A DNA stretch of 32,000 nt from Candidatus Paracaedimonas acanthamoebae (GTDB lineage Bacteria > Pseudomonadota > Alphaproteobacteria > Caedimonadales > Caedimonadaceae): assembly GCA_000743035.1 (NCBI GenBank), contig CP008936.1, positions 780,001 through 812,000 on the forward strand, read 5' to 3'. The translations under genes and the position numbers were made by a program. Numbering within the stretch: the stretch's first letter is position 1; every line of letters starts with the position of its first letter. Of the stretch, positions 26,444 through 32,000 are shown piece by piece. The notes beneath the pieces are model-generated. The model was not told where the DNA came from, made no database searches, and saw only the letters and a list, made by a program, of their open reading frames with translations.

Positions 26444-26530
26444 TTTTCCCACCTCTCATCTAAAGACATAATTAAGCGTGCCAAATACATAAAGCTACGT
26501 CAAGTATTTAATCTTATTACATAAATTAAA

Positions 26531-26560
26531 TAAAAAGGGTATGGAAAAATTTAACCATAC
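26531..26560 (-). terminator. Candidate rho-independent terminator downstream of tdk
   Basis: The minus strand reads GTATGG-TTAAATTTTT-CCATAC followed by CCTTTTTATTT, about 57 nt past the tdk stop. The stem has only 6 bp. Confidence 0.4.
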
Positions 26561-26616
26561 AAAAGTAACTTAAGACTTTGTATAATTGATATCCTGAAAC
26601 AGTTCTTAAGCTACTT

Positions 26617-27189
26617 CTAAGTTTGGATAAAGTGCTTCCTGCATAACGCTATGTACCGTTCATTGCCTCCAATTTCAACTTGCTCTCCTTCAAGAATAGG
26701 ATTTCCTTGATTATTAACTCGCTGATTCATTGTAGCTTTTCTCCCGCAGTGACAGATAGTTTTAATTTCGGTTAAATGTTCTGATAAAGCTAAGAGATAT
26801 TTGCTTCCTTCAAAAGGTTCCCCCATAAAATCTGTTCTCAAGCCGTAAGCTAGAATTGGGATATCAAGCTGATCTACAATTTGACAAAGCTGTTGTACTT
26901 GCATTTTTGTTAAGAAATGTGCTTCATCAATAAGTATACAATTTAAATTCTCTATTTTGTGTGATTGATTTTTTATGTAAGTAAAGAAATTAAAATCATG
27001 TGAATAAACTATTGCGGGACTTCTTAGTCCAATACGAGAAGCAATCCAACCTTCTTGATAACGATTGTCAAAATCAGGGGTAAAAAGGAGTGTTTGCATC
27101 CCTCTTTCGCGATAATTATAATCAGACTGAAGAAGAGTTGTTGTTTTTCCAGCATTCATTGCGGAATAATAAAAATGTAATTTAGCCAT
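26617..27189 (-). CDS. tdk: Thymidine kinase
   Basis: MAKLHFYYSAMNAGKTTTLLQ (P-loop), IDEAHFL, and C-terminal zinc ribbon CHCGRKAT...ALCRKH. The track ORF extends to 27288, but that overlaps the upstream gene; Met at 27189 gives the canonical N-terminus. Confidence 0.9.
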   Translation of the reverse strand: MAKLHFYYSAMNAGKTTTLLQSDYNYRERGMQTLLFTPDFDNRYQEGWIASRIGLRSPAIVYSHDFNFFTYIKNQSHKIENLNCILIDEAHFLTKMQVQQLCQIVDQLDIPILAYGLRTDFMGEPFEGSKYLLALSEHLTEIKTICHCGRKATMNQRVNNQGNPILEGEQVEIGGNERYIALCRKHFIQT

Positions 27190-27202
27190 AGGGTTTTCTT
27201 TA

Positions 27203-28111
27203 CTACTGCTGCTTTCTTGCAATGACTGTGGGAGCCATTCCTTGGCTATCATAAATGATATCCATGATTGTAAAACCAGCCGCCTCAAGGTGATCTTTTG
27301 TCTGTCCTTCTGTACGAAATGCCTGCCACTTAATATTCAAAATTTCATTTGAAATAGCTTTTTGCATTTGAAGGGCTTTTGGATCAAAATTTTTCCACGT
27401 AGATTCATCTGATAATGTTGGAGGTGGTGTGAAGAAGCTAATAATTAATATTCCATTTGAATGTAAGGCCTTATAAAATTCTTCATAGAGAAGGATTACC
27501 TTTTGATCATCATGTTCATATACATTTAAACCATGATTAACGATGAAATCATATTTTTCAAAATCACCTAAGTTCCATGGATCTTTCTGATGAAAGGAAA
27601 CAGTGCCTCTAAAACCATGTTTAGCAACGTTTTGCTTAGCATAATTAATTGATTCAGCATCAGAATCAATACCAATAAGATGTATATTACTTATATGCCT
27701 GTAATCTAGAGATAAAAGCGTATCCATTAAACCACAAGGGATCGCAGATAAGGACATATTATCTCTTAACCTCTTTTGTATTTCTTCCTGAAAAATAGTA
27801 AACGTTTCGCGAACAGCACGTGTAAGTGGGGCTTCATTTATAATCCAATTTTCTAGAGGATGTTTTAAATTCATATAAGGAGCGTACATAATCGTATAGG
27901 CTCGCCAATATCCTGTAAGGCCACGATTAACTAATAGTGCGCGACCAAGCTCAAATTCATTAAGTTGGTAAAGTAAATCTAACATCTCTTCTAATGGAAA
28001 AGTTAAATAGCGTGCTTTTTTTAACGCTTGTTCATATGGTTGAAGATCAACTTTTTCATGTAGCTGAGGATGGATAAAATTTTCTTCCTGTAAAGCGTAA
28101 CTATTTCTCAT
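27203..28111 (-). CDS. Class I SAM-dependent methyltransferase, substrate unknown
   Basis: Motif I-like SLSAIPCGLMD. Motif II/III region IHLIGIDSDAESINYAKQN...YDFIVNHGLNVY...LHSNGILIISFF. About 120 aa of the N-terminal domain are unrecognised. The stop lies 13 nt before the tdk start. Confidence 0.75.
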   Translation of the reverse strand: MRNSYALQEENFIHPQLHEKVDLQPYEQALKKARYLTFPLEEMLDLLYQLNEFELGRALLVNRGLTGYWRAYTIMYAPYMNLKHPLENWIINEAPLTRAVRETFTIFQEEIQKRLRDNMSLSAIPCGLMDTLLSLDYRHISNIHLIGIDSDAESINYAKQNVAKHGFRGTVSFHQKDPWNLGDFEKYDFIVNHGLNVYEHDDQKVILLYEEFYKALHSNGILIISFFTPPPTLSDESTWKNFDPKALQMQKAISNEILNIKWQAFRTEGQTKDHLEAAGFTIMDIIYDSQGMAPTVIARKQQ

Positions 28112-28270
28112 AAATTCTTTAACTAAGATTAGGTTTTAATTTAATACAACTCAATTATTTGAAAATAATTTTTGAGCGCCATTATAATTAAGTTAGAATT
28201 TAATGCAAGTTTCTCTATAAAAATAGGCAGAATTAAAAAATTTAGAAATAAATAATTAAAATTAGAGGAA

Positions 28271-28477
28271 TTATTTAGATTCTAATGCCTTTCTAATCTC
28301 TTCACTAAGTTCGGCACTTGTTTTTGAATTGCAGATTTGTTCTTTTTTTGAGGAACATTGCGCCCCCGAAAATTGATTGTTAAACCTTAAACTTATATGT
28401 TCTTTGTATGTTTCAGCTTTTAAAGGTGAAAAGGTTAATATTAAAATTAAAAATAATAAATACATATAATTCCCCAT
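28271..28477 (-). CDS. Small secreted protein (68 aa), hypothetical
   Basis: Hydrophobic N-terminus MYLLFLILILTFSPLKA|ETYK. Two Cys residues in the mature part. No recognised domain. Confidence 0.4.
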   Translation of the reverse strand: MGNYMYLLFLILILTFSPLKAETYKEHISLRFNNQFSGAQCSSKKEQICNSKTSAELSEEIRKALESK

Positions 28478-28556
28478 ATTTTTTAAATTAAATTAACATA
28501 AGGGAAGTTAAGAATTTGCTAACATAAGAGGATTAAATTTAGTATATAATTTAATA

Positions 28557-29288
28557 ATGAAAAATGTTTGCCGGATTTATATATCAGAGCCCCTTGAGAA
28601 CAATCAGCGTTTAGAGCTTGATAAGGATAAAACCCATTATCTTAAGAGTGTTCTAAGAAAGAAACGTGGCGATTTTGTAAGAGTTTTTAATGGTAAAGAT
28701 GGTGAATGTCTTTCAGAAGTCCTAGAATTCACTAAAAAATCATGCGTTCTAAAAGTAGGACGTAACTTGAGGATTCAACCCTTAAAGCAAAATTTGAGAT
28801 TAATTTTTGCCCCACTCAAGCAAGCCAGGCTCAATTTTTTAATCGAGAAATCCGTTGAATTGGGGGTAACAGAACTTATACCTGTTCTTACAGAGCACAC
28901 GCATGTGCGGCAATTTAATCGAGAACGTATAGAAAATATTGTTATTGAAGCAGCAGAACAATCTGAAAGATTATGTATACCAACAGTTCATCCTTTAACA
29001 ACTTTACCACTTTTTTTGAGTAATTGGCCTAAAGAGAAGATAGTGTTTATGAGTGATGAACGTTTAAACTCTCCAAATCTTATAAAACAAGTTATGGATA
29101 TCCCCTTACCCGAGTTTTCTTTACTCATAGGCCCTGAAGGTGGCTTTAGTTCTCTAGAATTTGAATTATTTTCAAGGTACAAATTTATTTATTCTGTTAG
29201 TTTAGGACAAACAATTTTACGAGCAGAAACGGCAGCTATTGCTGGGTTAGCAATATGTCATATTGCCAGAGAAGCAGGAGCGAGTTAA
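28557..29288 (+). CDS. rsmE: 16S rRNA (uracil1498-N3)-methyltransferase RsmE
   Basis: N-terminal PUA-like HYLKSVLRKKRGDFVRVFNG. C-terminal SPOUT knot LLIGPEGGFS...LGQTILRAETAAI. 243 aa. Confidence 0.9.
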   Translation: MKNVCRIYISEPLENNQRLELDKDKTHYLKSVLRKKRGDFVRVFNGKDGECLSEVLEFTKKSCVLKVGRNLRIQPLKQNLRLIFAPLKQARLNFLIEKSVELGVTELIPVLTEHTHVRQFNRERIENIVIEAAEQSERLCIPTVHPLTTLPLFLSNWPKEKIVFMSDERLNSPNLIKQVMDIPLPEFSLLIGPEGGFSSLEFELFSRYKFIYSVSLGQTILRAETAAIAGLAICHIAREAGAS

Positions 29289-31447
29289 TGAAAAAGTGGT
29301 TTAGGACGTTTTTTTGTCTTACTTTTTTTTGTTTGATACTAAATGGTTTTACTTCAGTGAACGCAGATGTTTCTGACTTTGAAAATTTGAAGCCTGATCA
29401 AAAGCCAAAAGATGTTGAGACTGATGCTTTAGAAAAATTATTAAAAACACTTGAAAGCAAGAGTGCTCGTAAAGAATTTATTTCACAACTTCGAACAATG
29501 ATTGCGGCAAGATCGAAAGTTGAAAACGAACCTACTCCTTTAGCGCTTTCAAAGATTTCAGAGATAATTCATTCTATCTCAGAGAAAATTCTTGAATTTT
29601 TTAGTGCATTTGAAAGGTCTTTTACGGAAGTTATCAAGCATTTCAATGATCCATCTTTTAGGACAAAAATGGTTTATGTCCTTAAGAATATTTTCCTTGT
29701 TTTAGGACTAGGTATAGTTATCAATAGAAGTATTCGTTGGATAAGTTACTATGCTTATAAGCGTCTTAAAAACACCACTCCTCAAACAATTATTTCAACA
29801 AGAAAAATAAAACTTATTCAAAGAACAATTAATGGCTTTGCTGTCATCAGTATGATAGTCGTAATGTTTACATTTGCTTCCAGTTTACCCCTTTATGAAA
29901 TTACGATTCCAATTATATATCTTTCAATGAACTCATTGGCAAGTTATGAAGCTGCTCTTTTTCTTTATCAATTAATTTTTTCGCCAAAATGGAAAGAGCT
30001 TCGTTTAATCAGCATTAATGACTCCACAGCTCAACTTAGCTATTGTTATTTGCGGTTAGTTACATTTCTTATGATTATAGGCATTGCTCTTAGCGAACTT
30101 ATTTTACTATTAAAAGGTCCTGTAATTTTTTACTCTTTTATTATTAAGGCAATGCTTTTTATCTCTTGCTTTAAAACATTATGGTTTATTTATGTAATTC
30201 GAAATCGAGTAAGTCAATGGCTAGTACGTCAAGAACAAAGTATCAATCGCAACAGATTATTCTCCTCAACTGTTGCAAAAACTTGGCATGTATGGGCAAG
30301 CTTGTATATGTGTCTCTTTGGAATCACAATTTTTTTTCAAAGAATTAACAATGTTAAAGCTGTTGCTTTTTCATTCATTGGTACGGCATTTCTAATTACT
30401 GTTTCATATATTTTAGTCTTAAAAATTCCTAAGTTTGTACGAACTTTCATGGAACATGTAGCGTGTCATCTACCCTACGTAACCCCAAGAAAGAATTTTT
30501 ATACTGTTTTTCTTTCCCTTCTGATTAGCCTAAGCATTGTCTTTAGTCTTCTTTTTTTATCATTAGAAATTTGGGATCTTGAAGTATTTGATTTCTTTTC
30601 ACAAGTTGAGGGGTTACCTTCTGCATTTTTAAATATTTTATTAATTTTGCTCTTAAGTATTTTTGTATGGGAAACTAATGAGTACGTTATAGATCGTTTT
30701 TTTAACCGTTCTACAAAACAACAAAAAGGTAGAGTCAGAAAGCAAAGGCTTTTAACGATTAAACCTCTCGTCCAAAATACCACCCGATTTATTTTATTTG
30801 CACTTGTAGCTTTGATTATATTTGCTGAGTTTAACTTAGATATTACGCCTCTCTTGGCTGGTGTTGGTGTTATTGGTATTGCTTTCAGCTTTGGTAGTCA
30901 ATCTTTAGTTAAAGACATTATCACGGGCATTTTTATCTTAGTTGAGGATACAATAAATGTCGGAGATATTGTTCAGATTGATGGTCAGAATGGGAATGTG
31001 GAAGCTATTTCTCTAAGAACAGTTCGGTTGCGCGATTCTGAAGGAAACTTACATACAATTCCGTTCAGTGGGATTACGAAAATTACTAACATGTCTAAGA
31101 ACTTCTCTTATTACCTTTTTCAAATAGGGCTTTCATACTCTGAAAATATAGATCATGCTTTTGAGGCTATGAAAGAAGTAGACCTAGAGATGTGTCATGA
31201 TATTAAGTACAGTACGATGATTTTAGAACCTTTAGAGATTATGGGAGTAGATAAATTTACTGAGACAGGCGTCATTCTACAAGCTCGCATTAAGACGCTT
31301 CCTGATAAAAGCCGCTGGATTGTGGGACGAGAGTTTAACCGTCGTTTAAAAGATAAATTTGATCAAAAAAGTATTGAATTTGCTTATGAATATAGAGGAT
31401 ATGAGTTGCTATCTACACAAGCAATATCATCAGTATCAAAAGTTTAA
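29288..31447 (+). CDS. Mechanosensitive ion channel, MscS family, large MscK/MscM-like form
   Basis: Signal peptide MKKWFRTFFCLTFFCLILNGFTSVNA, then a periplasmic helical region and multiple TM segments. MscS core GVIGIAFSFGSQSLVKDIITGIFILVEDTINVGDIV...GNVEAISLRTVRLRD. The ATG overlaps the rsmE stop (TAATG); the track ORF opens earlier, at 29255. Confidence 0.88.
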   Translation: MKKWFRTFFCLTFFCLILNGFTSVNADVSDFENLKPDQKPKDVETDALEKLLKTLESKSARKEFISQLRTMIAARSKVENEPTPLALSKISEIIHSISEKILEFFSAFERSFTEVIKHFNDPSFRTKMVYVLKNIFLVLGLGIVINRSIRWISYYAYKRLKNTTPQTIISTRKIKLIQRTINGFAVISMIVVMFTFASSLPLYEITIPIIYLSMNSLASYEAALFLYQLIFSPKWKELRLISINDSTAQLSYCYLRLVTFLMIIGIALSELILLLKGPVIFYSFIIKAMLFISCFKTLWFIYVIRNRVSQWLVRQEQSINRNRLFSSTVAKTWHVWASLYMCLFGITIFFQRINNVKAVAFSFIGTAFLITVSYILVLKIPKFVRTFMEHVACHLPYVTPRKNFYTVFLSLLISLSIVFSLLFLSLEIWDLEVFDFFSQVEGLPSAFLNILLILLLSIFVWETNEYVIDRFFNRSTKQQKGRVRKQRLLTIKPLVQNTTRFILFALVALIIFAEFNLDITPLLAGVGVIGIAFSFGSQSLVKDIITGIFILVEDTINVGDIVQIDGQNGNVEAISLRTVRLRDSEGNLHTIPFSGITKITNMSKNFSYYLFQIGLSYSENIDHAFEAMKEVDLEMCHDIKYSTMILEPLEIMGVDKFTETGVILQARIKTLPDKSRWIVGREFNRRLKDKFDQKSIEFAYEYRGYELLSTQAISSVSKV

Positions 31448-32000
31448 TCTCGCCAAAATTTAGGGCTAAAAAGAATTAATATCGTGATGTATTCTAACCG
31501 CCCAACAAGCATACCGAACATTAAAAGCCATTTTGCGCCTGTAGGTAAAGCAGCGTAAGTCCCTGTATCTCCTAAAATATCTCCAAAACCAGTTCCCATA
31601 TTATTGAGGACACTTAGGGCTGCAAAAAGACAAGTTAATAAGTCTAATTCAAATAAAGAGAGTGCGAGTGCAAGCGCTCCTAAACAGGCTACAAATAGTG
31701 CAAAAAAAGTAAAAACGGATAAAAAAATCCCTTCAGGAATAGGTTTGCCATTATACATAGGAATAAAAACGCCATGAGGTCGCCTTAACTGAAGGATTTG
31801 AGTTTTTACAGTGGCGTACATCACGTGAAAACGAAAAATCTTTATGCCTCCCGATGTTGACCCTGTACACCCTCCTATTACTGAAAGAGCTAGCATAATC
31901 ATGATCGGGAAATTACCCCATAAAGAATAATCTTGAGAATTAAAACCAGTAGTTGTCAAAATGGATGTCACGTTAAAAATTGAATGCCTTAAAGCATACA
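31444..32000 (-). CDS. trkH: TrkH-family potassium uptake protein (partial; N-terminus beyond the window)
   Basis: C-terminal region has the pore-loop-like GCTGSTSGGIK and NNMGTGFG motifs and ends ...ILFSPKFWRD. The reading frame stays open to the window edge. Confidence 0.85.
   Translation of the reverse strand, partial: YALRHSIFNVTSILTTTGFNSQDYSLWGNFPIMIMLALSVIGGCTGSTSGGIKIFRFHVMYATVKTQILQLRRPHGVFIPMYNGKPIPEGIFLSVFTFFALFVACLGALALALSLFELDLLTCLFAALSVLNNMGTGFGDILGDTGTYAALPTGAKWLLMFGMLVGRLEYITILILFSPKFWRD

Noticed and set aside
27190-27288. N-terminal 33-aa extension of the tdk ORF
   Set aside because: It overlaps the 3' end of the upstream methyltransferase gene. The canonical Tdk N-terminus (MAKLHFYYSAMNAGKT) begins at 27189.
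2364-30783. Nested or antisense track ORFs of 60-115 aa inside larger genes: 2364..2597, 2887..3069, 3503..3691, 4322..4519, 5425..5637, 5623..5805, 5646..5843, 6993..7226, 9863..10096, 10735..11046, 12051..12398, 13934..14221, 14235..14456, 15014..15286, 15454..15645, 18374..18595, 20333..20515, 21162..21413, 21388..21609, 23721..23984, 23929..24135, 25703..25969, 26289..26471, 28988..29182, 30499..30783
   Set aside because: Each lies wholly or mostly within a confidently identified gene, in another frame or on the other strand. Their translations are low-complexity or Leu/Ile/Phe/Lys-rich, as expected from out-of-frame AT-rich DNA. None shows a recognisable motif.
1-32000. Screen for tRNA, rRNA, tmRNA, CRISPR arrays, IS elements or transposases, integrases, and toxin-antitoxin or defence-system gene pairs
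   Set aside because: I saw no GC-rich structured RNA-like segments or T-loop (GGTTCGA-type) motifs in intergenic DNA. I saw no regularly spaced repeats, no terminal inverted repeats flanking ORFs, and no ORFs with transposase, integrase, nuclease or ATPase defence signatures. The visual scan has limited sensitivity for degenerate elements.

Overview
This window is an AT-rich (not computed), gene-dense bacterial chromosome segment. About 90% looks coding, and several adjacent genes have short or overlapping junctions. All calls come from reading the supplied translations, plus my own translation of regions missing from the ORF track. No homology search was run.

Most genes are housekeeping. 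The local gene orders look alphaproteobacterial:
- aroK next to divergent xerD-accA
- galU-ugd-phosphomannomutase
- dapF-mtaB-ftsY, convergent with dksA
- thyX
- serC
- dnaX-ybaB-recR
- ihfB, tdk, rsmE, an MscS-family channel and trkH

The AT bias, a decayed gene, ThyX plus Tdk, and secreted eukaryote-directed-looking proteins fit a host-associated or intracellular lineage (Holosporales/Rickettsiales-like). That lineage call is inference only.

Two pockets are not ordinary core genome:
1. 8.9-12.8 kb holds a lipoprotein, a signal-peptide-bearing PTP-like cysteine phytase, and a Ser-rich protein whose signal peptide sits in a different reading frame.
2. 17.7-21.9 kb holds an orphan small ORF, a multiply frameshifted SAM-methyltransferase pseudogene, about 340 bp of non-coding debris, a tandem USP, an XRE/S24-like repressor that seems to lack catalytic residues, and a divergent GcrA/Myb-like HTH protein.

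I found no rRNA, tRNA, CRISPR array, IS element or intact integrase. I also found no convincing multi-gene defence or secretion system. The most interesting items are single-gene candidates and gene-decay signatures, not a clearly novel operon.
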